Below the pieces are notes generated by a model that was given only the letters and a program-made list of their open reading frames with translations, searched no databases and was not told where the DNA came from. The position numbers were made by a program, and so were the translations under genes. 34,730 nucleotides of DNA from Candidatus Bathyarchaeia archaeon (GTDB lineage Archaea > Thermoproteota > Bathyarchaeia > 40CM-2-53-6 > DTGE01): the NCBI GenBank assembly GCA_038825355.1, contig JAWBPF010000002.1:1-34730 (forward strand). The letters are read 5' to 3'. This document shows, piece by piece, positions 17,346 through 25,953 of the stretch; within the stretch, counting starts at the first letter, position 1, and each line of letters starts with the position of its first letter.

Positions 17346-18047
17346 TTATGGCTTCCAGCCGTATTCCCCTTGAAGCGGCACATATACGACTTTGGTCAGC
17401 TTCTCAACTTTTTCATTCCCCAGGTTATCTCTGATTATTAGGGTTAGATCCTGCCCTATCAGGCTTGATAATGGCCCTATCGGAGCTATAAGCCTTCCAG
17501 GCTTGTCCAGCTGCTCTAAGAGGGGTGGTGGAATCCTTGGGCTTGCCGCCGTTATACATATCTTATTATAAGGGGCACATTCAGGATATCCCTTGGATCC
17601 ATCTCCAAGCACAGCTATTACGTCCAAGTATCCGGCTTTATTCAAGTTTTCAGCGCCGAATTCGTATGTATCCTTGTTTATCTCAATGGTTACTACTAAT
17701 CCTTTGTCGCCTACAAGTTCTCTAGCTAGAGCCGCTCCATATCCGGATCCCATTCCGATCTCCAGAAACTTGTCGCCTATACATAGATTGAGGGGCTCAT
17801 AGAAGAGTGGATAAGTGTACGGTGCTGAAATCGTCTGTCTTCCGTTTCCTGGAATGGGATAGGGCTCATCAATGTATGAGTATCGCCTCAGAGATTCAGG
17901 CATGAAGAGTTCCCTGGGAACTCTCCGCATGGCTTCTATCATCCTGGGGGAACTCAGATAACCCAACCTGATGTAACGTTCAACCATCTTCTCCCTTTGT
18001 AAATTAAAATCTGAGCGGTCTTCCATTAACCTCCCTATCCTATCCAA
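17346..18047 (-). CDS. pcm: Protein-L-isoaspartate O-methyltransferase
   Basis: RQTISAPYTYP matches the PIMT TISAP motif, and LEIGMGSGYGAALARELV matches SAM motif I. The start is either TTG 18047 or ATG 18026. Confidence 0.85.
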   Translation of the reverse strand: MDRIGRLMEDRSDFNLQREKMVERYIRLGYLSSPRMIEAMRRVPRELFMPESLRRYSYIDEPYPIPGNGRQTISAPYTYPLFYEPLNLCIGDKFLEIGMGSGYGAALARELVGDKGLVVTIEINKDTYEFGAENLNKAGYLDVIAVLGDGSKGYPECAPYNKICITAASPRIPPPLLEQLDKPGRLIAPIGPLSSLIGQDLTLIIRDNLGNEKVEKLTKVVYVPLQGEYGWKP

Positions 18048-18167
18048 TTGTGGGAGTCATCTTTTCATACGATCAGAATGGAATAATATTACTCTCTGAT
18101 TTATCAGGTATTGCTCGATGAGTAGTTGAATATGATTTATGATATTCTTTAGAACTAAAAGGGGATT

Positions 18168-19406
18168 TTAAACCTCTTCCTGAAGAGACATGTGTAGGAA
18201 TACCTTTGCATCATTTACGAGGTTGTCTAGTATACAGTATTCGTTTGGTTGGTGGGCTGTCTCATCCATCGTCGCCCATACAACTGCTGGGAACCCCTCT
18301 CTTCTCAGGATTGCCGCTACGGTTCCTCCTCCTATGCCCATGGGCTTCCCATCCCTTCCATTCACGGCCTTAATAGCCCTTAACAACGCCTTTACCGCTG
18401 GGGAGTCAGGTGGGGTAGGAGGGGCTGCATCAGCTCTTTGGACTGTGGATACATCTACTTTAACTTTGAATTCAGACTCTATCTCCCTTGCCATTCCATT
18501 TATGTTTGCGATAACTTCGTCCACTTTTATCTTGGGAAGTATCCTGCAGTCCATATAGAATACGTCTTCACCTGGAATCGTATTTATATTGGGGACGTTT
18601 GCCTCTTTCTTCGTCGGCTCGAAGGTGCTTGTAGGCACCTCGTAGAGTTCATCCTTTTCATCAAATATCTCATACAATCGATCCAGTTTGGTTACGAGAT
18701 GGCTTCCCGCCTTAAAACTGTTCACAGCAAGGTCAGGCCTTGAGCCATGACCTTGTTTTCCTATCGTCTGAAACCTCAGCCAAAGCATACTCTTCTCTGC
18801 TATCTCAACCATGGTTCCATCGCTGTTTCCTCCATCCGGAACTAGGTAGAAATCCTCTTCTCTAAAGAGATCTCTCCGCTTCGAAAGGACGTATTTTAAG
18901 CCTTTCTCGCTCCCTGTCTCCTCATCTGACACGAAGAGTAATCCAACCCTCCTATAAGGTGTAACCTTTGAATCCCTCAATGCCTTCACAGCCATATACG
19001 AGGCCACAAGGCTCTGCTGGTTATCCTCTACACCTCTGCCGTATAGTTTCCCGTCCTTCAACTCCGCCTTGAACGGGTCGGTATTCCACAACTTTAAATC
19101 TCCCGGGGGTACCACATCCAAGTGAGTAATTATCCATAGTGTCTTATCGCCTCTAATACCGTTGAAGAAAGCTGCAATATTGGGTCGGAAGCCGTTGGGG
19201 ACACGTTCATCGGGGGCATTGACCTCCACTACCTTATCTGGATTCAATTTTTTAAGCATCTCCTTAACGTATCCAGCTTTCTCATACTCCCCTTTTCCCC
19301 CGTTCTCCGGTCCGATCGCCTGAAAAGCTGTCAACTTGGCCTGTATCTCAACTATCTCATCAACATAGCCATCTATTCTTGAGGCAATCCGGTTAAAAAC
19401 GTCCAA
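18168..19406 (-). CDS. M20-family metallopeptidase / deacylase (ArgE/DapE-like)
   Basis: ITHLDVVPPGD and LFVSDEETGSEKG are M20 metal-ligand motifs. The start is TTG, and an in-frame stop lies just upstream. Confidence 0.82.
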   Translation of the reverse strand: MDVFNRIASRIDGYVDEIVEIQAKLTAFQAIGPENGGKGEYEKAGYVKEMLKKLNPDKVVEVNAPDERVPNGFRPNIAAFFNGIRGDKTLWIITHLDVVPPGDLKLWNTDPFKAELKDGKLYGRGVEDNQQSLVASYMAVKALRDSKVTPYRRVGLLFVSDEETGSEKGLKYVLSKRRDLFREEDFYLVPDGGNSDGTMVEIAEKSMLWLRFQTIGKQGHGSRPDLAVNSFKAGSHLVTKLDRLYEIFDEKDELYEVPTSTFEPTKKEANVPNINTIPGEDVFYMDCRILPKIKVDEVIANINGMAREIESEFKVKVDVSTVQRADAAPPTPPDSPAVKALLRAIKAVNGRDGKPMGIGGGTVAAILRREGFPAVVWATMDETAHQPNEYCILDNLVNDAKVFLHMSLQEEV

Positions 19407-19638
19407 TGATCCCCACCATCATATTGAATAATTACCTTTAAATTTAATAGGGAGAATATTTTAAGGTTCCTCTAAATATTCTCAGCTGATAAAAAGCGAA
19501 TATTACTATGATCTGGAGATTAGGGATCTTCAATGGGATGTTGATGGAAGCTGTATGATGAAGATTGTTTAAAAACATTAATAGATAGTATATTTAGATT
19601 GCATTCAGGATTTTAATTCGGTTGGGAGAGTCTAAATC

Positions 19639-20334
19639 ATGGCGGATGTGAAGGATCTACCGCTCATAGTCGCAGACCCATATCCACCTTACCAGTATAT
19701 AGATAGGGGTAGAATACTGGGTTTAGATCATGACTTAGTGGTCAACGCTTTTAAAACTTCAGGATTAGATGTAAGGATAGAGCTACATCCATGGGATGAA
19801 TGTATCAGGATGCTGGATAATGGTGTAGCAGATGCAATATTCCAGATCGTTAAAACTCCTGAGCGGGAGAGGAAATATCTCTTCTCGGATCTCCTAAGAA
19901 AAGCCGTGACGGTATTATTATATAAGTCTAATGTCCCACATTTTGGATTAAATATCGATTCAAAAATTGAACGTCAACTCCGGGGGCTCAGATTGGGCTT
20001 AGTTAAAGGATACAGCTACGGGGCCCCCATAGATGATCTGAAAGGAATCGTAAAAGTTGAAGTTGATGGTCAGGAGGATCTTTTGACAGGTCTTGTTGAT
20101 GGACGCTTCGACGCAGCCTTGATCGATCGTGGTGTCTCCATATACCTCATTGATAAACTTGGATTTAAAGGGAAGCTTGAAGAGGTTAAGGGCTTCACGA
20201 TTACTAGGGAACTCTACCTAGCATTTCGTAGGGATAAGGTATCTCTCCTTAAATCCTTCAATGAGGGATTAAAAAGAATCAGGTTAAACGGCTTGTATGA
20301 GCGTATATTCCAGGAGTATAAGCTCCAACCTTAG
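19639..20334 (+). CDS. Family-3 solute-binding-protein-like domain protein without a signal peptide
   Basis: 231 aa. YPPYQYIDRGRILGLDHDLVVNAF...WDECIRMLDNGVADAIF...TPERERKYLFSD follows the polar amino-acid SBP pattern. There is no hydrophobic N-terminus and no adjacent permease or ATPase. Confidence 0.6.
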   Translation: MADVKDLPLIVADPYPPYQYIDRGRILGLDHDLVVNAFKTSGLDVRIELHPWDECIRMLDNGVADAIFQIVKTPERERKYLFSDLLRKAVTVLLYKSNVPHFGLNIDSKIERQLRGLRLGLVKGYSYGAPIDDLKGIVKVEVDGQEDLLTGLVDGRFDAALIDRGVSIYLIDKLGFKGKLEEVKGFTITRELYLAFRRDKVSLLKSFNEGLKRIRLNGLYERIFQEYKLQP

Positions 20335-20601
20335 ATAGGTACATCCCCAATCTTCACTTGAATATTTAAATATATTTACATGACTGCCGCAAATACTGGT
20401 CGGCTTATAGAGGCAAAGGTTACTGTAATCTAGGCATGTACGGTCCCTTGCATTCAGCAAAAATAGCTAGAGTACGCGAAGGCCAAATAAAGTGCTAAAG
20501 GAGATGATTCATCAAGGGTTAATGGAGCTGGCGTTAAATTAGATACAAGATATGGGGGGCCTTCTCTATTTTTCTATCCCAGTATCCTAGAAGGTTAGCC
20601 A

Positions 20602-21312
20602 CTATTTTATTTCTTTCTTAGGTGGCGTCTTGAAGCTTATCTTGCTCTGTGATAGACCCATCTGGACGAATATCTCAGCCAGCTTTATAGCAGCGGTAGC
20701 GGGTTCAACCACCGGTACTCCTAGCTCCCCCTGGATCTCCTTGGCTAGTTTAGCCATTCCGGTACATCCTAGGACTATCACGTCCGCGCCGTCCTCCTCG
20801 ATTGCCTTCCTGGCTTCTCTTAGTATCGAAGCCTTGGCCCTGTCATGGTCTTTAAGCTCTAATACCGGTATCTCAGCTGATCTGACGGAGGCTAGGCGAC
20901 TTTGAAGCTGAGACGCAGTGATATTACTCCTTATAACATCCACGGTGTTTGACAACACCGTTATGACTGAGAACTTATCTCCTAAAGCCAACGCTAGAAG
21001 CCTTGAAGCTTCTCCCCCACTCATGACGGGTATATTCGCCACCTCTCTGGCAGCCCTTAAGACTGGATCTCCGGCGCAGTCGATGGTTACTGCATCGTAC
21101 CCTTCTCTTTCAGCCTTTTTCACCTCATCCAAGATGTAGGGTGCGGCGTATGCTTCATCGGTGGAAGACTCGAGGGATACAGGTCCTCTGGGTAGGCATA
21201 CGACATCCACTGAGGTGCCTTCCATAGCCACCTGCCTCCTATGCTCTGCCTGTTCATCTCTAAACTCCTGGGAGGAGTTAGGTATGATCACTTTAACCCT
21301 CATATCTATCAC
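20602..21312 (-). CDS. Asp/Glu/hydantoin racemase family protein
   Basis: 236 aa with two candidate catalytic Cys contexts, TIDCAGDP and VLGCTGM. Confidence 0.72.
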   Translation of the reverse strand: MIDMRVKVIIPNSSQEFRDEQAEHRRQVAMEGTSVDVVCLPRGPVSLESSTDEAYAAPYILDEVKKAEREGYDAVTIDCAGDPVLRAAREVANIPVMSGGEASRLLALALGDKFSVITVLSNTVDVIRSNITASQLQSRLASVRSAEIPVLELKDHDRAKASILREARKAIEEDGADVIVLGCTGMAKLAKEIQGELGVPVVEPATAAIKLAEIFVQMGLSQSKISFKTPPKKEIK

Positions 21313-21415
21313 CGGAGAAATAATTAAATCATCATTAATATTTAAAATTAAAAAATAGTGTAAGGAATATATCTAGGTTCATCCTACATGGAAGGGCTGA
21401 GAAAGGCTAAAGAAG

Positions 21416-22084
21416 ATGTACAGATCTCGCAGTTCCATAACTGAAGTTCTCAGAGACATCTCGAGTTTCTCAGCGGAGCTTGGTTTAGATTTGAAGCGGG
21501 AAGAGGACAGGCTTAAATGGTTTATAGCATCTATTTTATTCGCTAAAAGGATCTCAGCCACCATCGCGAAGAGGACGTTCAGAAGACTTATGGATGAGGG
21601 TTTAGCGGATACGGATTCGATTCTTAAGGCTGGCTGGGATAGGCTTGTTGAGGCTTTGGACTCCGGGGGGTATGTAAGATACGATTTCTCTACGGCTACT
21701 AACATCCTAGAGAACATTAAGAGGCTCAAATTGGAATATAGAGATCTTGAAAGGCTGCATGAAGAAGCCTGCAACTCCAGGGATTTGGAGTCGAAACTTA
21801 TGGAGTTCAGAGGTTTCGGCCCAACAGCGGTTAACATATTCCTTAGGGAACTTAGAGGGATATGGTCTAAAGCGGATCCTAAACCATCTAGTAGAGCTTC
21901 AGAAATGGCCGAATTTTTAGGGTTGGAAACCCGAGAGGTTGAAGAGTTTGAATCCAGCCTTATAAGGATACACTTAGAATTCTGTAAGAAATCGAGATGC
22001 ATGGAATGCCCCGTGAGGGTTTATTGTGAAAGAAAGCTTTTAAAGTCAGGCTTTTCGGCGAGGCCTGCAAGGGTTAAAGGTTAA
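21416..22084 (+). CDS. HhH-GPD superfamily DNA-glycosylase-like protein with a C-terminal Cys cluster
   Basis: The helix-hairpin-helix-like segment is FRGFGPTAVNIFLRELRG. The C-terminal CKKSRCMECPVRVYC resembles the Endo III-type 4Fe-4S loop. Confidence 0.5.
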   Translation: MYRSRSSITEVLRDISSFSAELGLDLKREEDRLKWFIASILFAKRISATIAKRTFRRLMDEGLADTDSILKAGWDRLVEALDSGGYVRYDFSTATNILENIKRLKLEYRDLERLHEEACNSRDLESKLMEFRGFGPTAVNIFLRELRGIWSKADPKPSSRASEMAEFLGLETREVEEFESSLIRIHLEFCKKSRCMECPVRVYCERKLLKSGFSARPARVKG

Positions 22085-22190
22085 CTCTGAATGTATCGAA
22101 TCTTTCTTCGTAAACCTTACCCTTGCATATGGATTTGAATCCATGTTTGCGTTTAATCGCCCGCTGAGTAAAGGCTTTTAAGCCGCTCCC

Positions 22191-22799
22191 TTGAAATGTC
22201 TTCATGTATTAGACTTGCTGGAGGATCTGTTACTCCCTTTAATCACAGTAGGACTAGCGGAATTAGGCGATAAGACCCAGCTTTCCCTCCTCCTTCTATC
22301 ATCCAGGATTGAAAGTCGTTTAAGCCTCCTACTTGGAGTTCTATGTGCTTTCTTAATCGTGGATGGGGTTGCTGTAATGGCCGGCTCATGGGCTACTCAA
22401 CTCCTGCCTGAGATCTGGCTGAAGGTAAGCTCAGGAGCCATCTTCATTATCCTAGGTGCGCTAATATTACTGCGGGATATTAGGGTCAAGAAGGGAGAGA
22501 AAGGAGTTGGAGAGAGATACGGGAATGCTTTCCTCATGGGTTTTACCTTGATCTTTCTCACCGAGTGGGGAGATAAAACTCAGATCTCTTCGGCATTATT
22601 GGCAGCTAAATATAATCCTTATATGGTCTTCATCGGTACTATGAGCGCATTAGCAGCGTTATCTATGGTAGCGGTCTATTTGGGTGGAGAAATACTGTCT
22701 AGAATCAACAGAAGGTTGATGATGAGGATAAGTGGACTAATATTTATGATAATAGGCATATATATGATATTTGATCTATTCCCTAAAATAGGACTTTAA
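22191..22799 (+). CDS. UPF0016 / GDT1-TMEM165 family cation (Mn2+/Ca2+) transporter
   Basis: Two copies of the family motif are present (AELGDKTQ and TEWGDKTQ) in a hydrophobic protein with about six transmembrane segments. The TTG start is uncertain. Confidence 0.82.
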   Translation: MKCLHVLDLLEDLLLPLITVGLAELGDKTQLSLLLLSSRIESRLSLLLGVLCAFLIVDGVAVMAGSWATQLLPEIWLKVSSGAIFIILGALILLRDIRVKKGEKGVGERYGNAFLMGFTLIFLTEWGDKTQISSALLAAKYNPYMVFIGTMSALAALSMVAVYLGGEILSRINRRLMMRISGLIFMIIGIYMIFDLFPKIGL

Positions 22800-23040
22800 A
22801 AACGAGTAATAGGCTACTAATAAGGTATAGGATGAGGGCATCTGGGTTTAATATCTCATTAAAACTGAGCTAGGGGGCTTCATGAGGGCAGGTGACAGAT
22901 ACGAGCCTCATCTCGCTTCAGGGCCCGCCAAACTCAAGGTTCCTTAGGCGCTTGACCCCCTAGGGATCCTAAATGAGCTGCGCGATCTTGAGGGGTTATC
23001 GATTCCTCTTTTGGATCTGACTTGCAGCCCGACCAATTGC

Positions 23041-23259
23041 CTAAACAAAACTATATGGGCCTGTACAGGTATATACTACTGGCTTCCGGGGAGCCGTTAC
23101 CCAATATGGCCCTGTTGGAGTCCCCCATTGGAGGTGGTAGAGCATCATTCTCCTATACTCGTCAAGCAATCCCCTCCGCGTTCGCTCCCATTCCCGGATC
23201 CTTATTGCCTCACAAACCCATTGGAGGCCTATGAAATAATGGATAGGGTAATGGATCAT
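23041..23259 (-). CDS. Hypothetical 72-aa Trp/Tyr/Pro-rich ORF, weakly supported
   Basis: This is one of three mutually overlapping ORFs in the gap. It is on the same strand as, and 244 nt downstream of, the nitroreductase-like gene. ATTTTTA lies about 38 nt upstream of its ATG. I recognise no family. Confidence 0.2.
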   Translation of the reverse strand: MIHYPIHYFIGLQWVCEAIRIREWERTRRGLLDEYRRMMLYHLQWGTPTGPYWVTAPRKPVVYTCTGPYSFV

Positions 23260-23502
23260 GGCTGTTCACTCTAATCTTCTCGAGTTTCAACCCTAAAAAT
23301 CTAATTATGCAAATGGGATAAAGCCCCACAGGGATAAAAAACATTTTTTAGCATGTATATGAGCAACGAGGGCAACTCCCGAAAAGATCAAGTTGGTTCA
23401 TCCTATACCGCCTTCAACGGCCTTTCCACCCTTCTAGAATTAATCCCTTCTAACCTACGAGTTTAATATAGGGATTTATGAGGTGCCGTTCTCCTTTTCA
23501 GG

Positions 23503-24711
23503 TTACAGCTCCGGATGCCATATCTTCATATGTCTAATATCCGCCTCGGACAAGTACTCTGGGAAGTACTTATTGTAGTAGCCCAAGTCTATATGGTGTA
23601 CTTGGAGTAAGGCTGGGAAGTACACAGCATTACAATACTTAGGCAGTCTGCCATAGTTGTCGTATACGTAGCGGAGGTAAGCTTTAACAGCATCCACGAG
23701 CTCACCATACTCTTTGGGTATAGGCAAATTGTACCCTTTCGGGCCGTAGATACCCCGGGAGCCCCACTTCATCTCCACGATCTCATCCACAGCCTCCTCC
23801 ACATCCTTATAGGGGGGGCAGAACCCTTCTATGATCCCATCTATCCCAACCGGATTAGGTGAGGCTTGGGGGAAACCCTTCCCCCTTATATCTTCGATTC
23901 GGAACCCCATTAGTTCTATCAGGGTTTTAAAGTCGATGGTGTGCATTATGAAGGCCCCTAAACCCATGGCTTGGGCTGTGAGCATAATGTTTTGAAGAGC
24001 TATTCCCGCCTCCAAATTGCAGAGCCAAGGAAGCATTGCATCGTAGCTGAATATCGTCATCTTCTCTCCGTTAAGTAATCCCTTACGGATCCACTTCTCA
24101 ACTCCAGCGGGTTTATCCTCAACCTCATCCCACATACGCCACCTAAACTGGGCAATCCCCGTTAAAAGCATGTTAATATACTCCCTTGTAGTGTCGGCCA
24201 CCGGCATAAAAACCGTCGTACCCGGTTTATTGACCATGTCTACGAAGGCCGATCCTATGGCTTCCCTGGGAACTTGAAGCCTACCGTCTTTAAGCTTAAT
24301 CAGATTTCTACGATGATCCTGGAGTATCTTAACTCTATCAGCCTTAGAGGCTATCCTAGCCTTCTCTCCCGGTATAATCTCGTCGGAGACGCCTGACTTA
24401 TAGTAGAATACTCCTTCATCATTTGTATAGAATAGATGTAAAGTTAGGGATGCGCATGGGCTAGCGGCGGTCCTGCCTACAACCGTTAAATGACCTAAAA
24501 GGTGGCGTATCTCCTCTGTTGTAACGCCTGTGACACCGGCTCCAGCGAAACAGAGAAGGGCTAACTCCGCCTCGTTTAGGGGGATCGGCGCTTCAAAGGA
24601 CTTATACCCCAACCCAGCCCTCTTTACTGGCATCTCCCCGCCTAAGGGGAATCTCCTCGTCCTCCTCCTAAACATGGTTTCAAGGAGAGGAGCATCAAAT
24701 TCGACGGACAA
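23503..24711 (-). CDS. Nitroreductase-superfamily (possibly SagB-like dehydrogenase) protein, unusually large
   Basis: 402 aa with N-terminal FRRRTRRF, then LALLCFAGAGVTG, and EAGIALQNIMLTAQAMGLGA. These match the nitroreductase-fold pattern, with long insertions between them. Confidence 0.6.
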   Translation of the reverse strand: MSVEFDAPLLETMFRRRTRRFPLGGEMPVKRAGLGYKSFEAPIPLNEAELALLCFAGAGVTGVTTEEIRHLLGHLTVVGRTAASPCASLTLHLFYTNDEGVFYYKSGVSDEIIPGEKARIASKADRVKILQDHRRNLIKLKDGRLQVPREAIGSAFVDMVNKPGTTVFMPVADTTREYINMLLTGIAQFRWRMWDEVEDKPAGVEKWIRKGLLNGEKMTIFSYDAMLPWLCNLEAGIALQNIMLTAQAMGLGAFIMHTIDFKTLIELMGFRIEDIRGKGFPQASPNPVGIDGIIEGFCPPYKDVEEAVDEIVEMKWGSRGIYGPKGYNLPIPKEYGELVDAVKAYLRYVYDNYGRLPKYCNAVYFPALLQVHHIDLGYYNKYFPEYLSEADIRHMKIWHPEL

Positions 24712-24821
24712 ACCTTTTCATCCCTCCAATAGATTAACAAATATAAAGTTTGAGTAATAACTTATAAAAATAAGTCTATTATAGATCTGGACGACCAAAT
24801 TCTAGGCTTTTGGAGATCAGG

Positions 24822-25052
24822 TTAAAGAAGACGTTCCTCCACCAAGCCTTTATCCTTTAATCTTTTCAACGCAAGGCTGACTTCCCAAAGGTGACAGTTA
24901 AGAATCCTCCAGATGTGGGAAAGCCTCATCTCCTTATGAGCACGTAATAAAGATAAAATTTCACTCTCTAAATCTTCAATTGAGCGGCTGATCACCATCG
25001 AGGCGTGGGGCCCCTTCACAACCCATTCCCTATCCTCATAAGATCCTTCCAA
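24822..25052 (-). CDS. Small winged-helix DNA-binding protein (putative regulator)
   Basis: EILSLLRAHKEMRLSHIWRILNCHLWEVSLALKRLKDKGLVEE has a wHTH-like pattern. The start is uncertain, either TTG 25052 or an internal ATG giving 58 aa. Confidence 0.4.
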   Translation of the reverse strand: MEGSYEDREWVVKGPHASMVISRSIEDLESEILSLLRAHKEMRLSHIWRILNCHLWEVSLALKRLKDKGLVEERLL

Positions 25053-25487
25053 GAAGATATTTCCCCTTCCGTAGATTGAATTACTCTGCTGGAGATTAAT
25101 AAGCTTAAATACTCAAGGATCATGTATAACAGCTTAAGGTTGATTGGGTGAGGGGGTTTACCTCACCTCAAACCTTTCCGAAGATTTTCGAGATTTCTAT
25201 AATTTCAATACAAATAAGATGAGCTTGAGTGATAAGAGAGGTTTAAAACTATGCTCCTCCGAGAAGTTTTCGACCGTTAGACTCAGTCATCAAAGTCTTT
25301 GTAGAGCTTCTCATATAGGAGCGGCATATTAACCTTTAAGCCAACAATAAATCGGCAACTCAGATACATCTCTAACAGTTGGATGCGGGAGTTATCGGTT
25401 ATTAGTTGCGGATATTTTAAATAAAATTTTGGAAATAATGGAGTTAGGATCATTATACCTCATCCATTAACTTAGAGGAGGTAAATG

Positions 25488-25630
25488 TGGCGGGCCCGCG
25501 GGGATTCGAACCCCGGACCTACAGCTCTCTTCTAAGCTCTATTTAATCTATTAGGAGGCTGCCGCGCTTTCAGGCTCCTCCCTAACTAACCTTATCTATC
25601 GAGGGATGTGTCCTGCTGCGCCACGGGCCC
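25488..25630 (-). tRNA. tRNA-Arg(CCU) with two introns (about 40 nt in the D loop, 25 nt at 37/38) and encoded CCA
   Basis: The reverse strand reads GGGCCCG-UG-GCGC-[50 nt]-GCGC-G-GCAGC-CUCCUA[25 nt]A-GCUGU-AGGUC-CGGGG-UUCGAAU-CCCCG-CGGGCCC-G-CCA. The anticodon CCU is at 25553-25555. Confidence 0.8.
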
Positions 25631-25681
25631 TAAACACTCTTAAATCTTTAGGTCTTATAAATACTATGTCCATATTGGTCC

Positions 25682-25888
25682 TTGGGAAGTGTAGAGGAGG
25701 GATGGGGCTTCGCTTCGATTAGGCGTTGCTCCAGGTGCGGAAGAAGACTTAAGAAAAGTGAAAAGCTTAGCATGTGCGAGAGATGCAGAAAGGAGACTTT
25801 GAAACAGTTCTTAGCCCAGACACTGGATGATATCGAAGTTGATTTAAGGAAGTTAAGGCGTAAATCCTCTAGAGAAACTTTCTCATAA
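25682..25888 (+). CDS. Hypothetical small zinc-ribbon protein
   Basis: 68 aa with CSRCGRR...CERCRKE (CxxC...CxxC). The only available start is TTG. It shares the TTATAAAT element at about 25657-25664 with the divergent tRNA. Confidence 0.3.
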   Translation: MGSVEEGWGFASIRRCSRCGRRLKKSEKLSMCERCRKETLKQFLAQTLDDIEVDLRKLRRKSSRETFS

Positions 25889-25953
25889 TAGGATCTATAA
25901 AAGATATTTTATTCACGGCCGAGTACTAAGCTAGATAAATATTAGGTGTGGTT

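Noticed and set aside
17177-17434. 85-aa plus-strand ORF overlapping the 3' end of pcm.
   Set aside because: It has no motif and overlaps a well-supported gene on the other strand by about 90 nt. A 36-aa ORF at 16994-17104 and the hairpin CGGCCTC-TTTCTAG-GAGGCCG (17090-17110) were also noted but are too weak to call.
19520-19600. Box C-like AUGAUGA at about 19555 as a possible C/D box sRNA.
   Set aside because: No box D (CUGA), D' or C' elements occur at the required spacing on either strand.
21379-22002. 207-aa minus-strand ORF overlapping the HhH-GPD-like gene.
   Set aside because: The plus frame has a helix-hairpin-helix segment and a C-terminal Cys cluster. The minus frame is Ser/Leu-rich with no recognisable domain.
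22800-23502. Possibility that the gap encodes SRP (7S) RNA or RNase P RNA.
   Set aside because: I looked for hallmark motifs (GGAAGGGAGCA-type SRP helix 8 sequence, GAGGAAAGUCC and related RNase P conserved regions) on both strands and found none. An unknown ncRNA is still possible.
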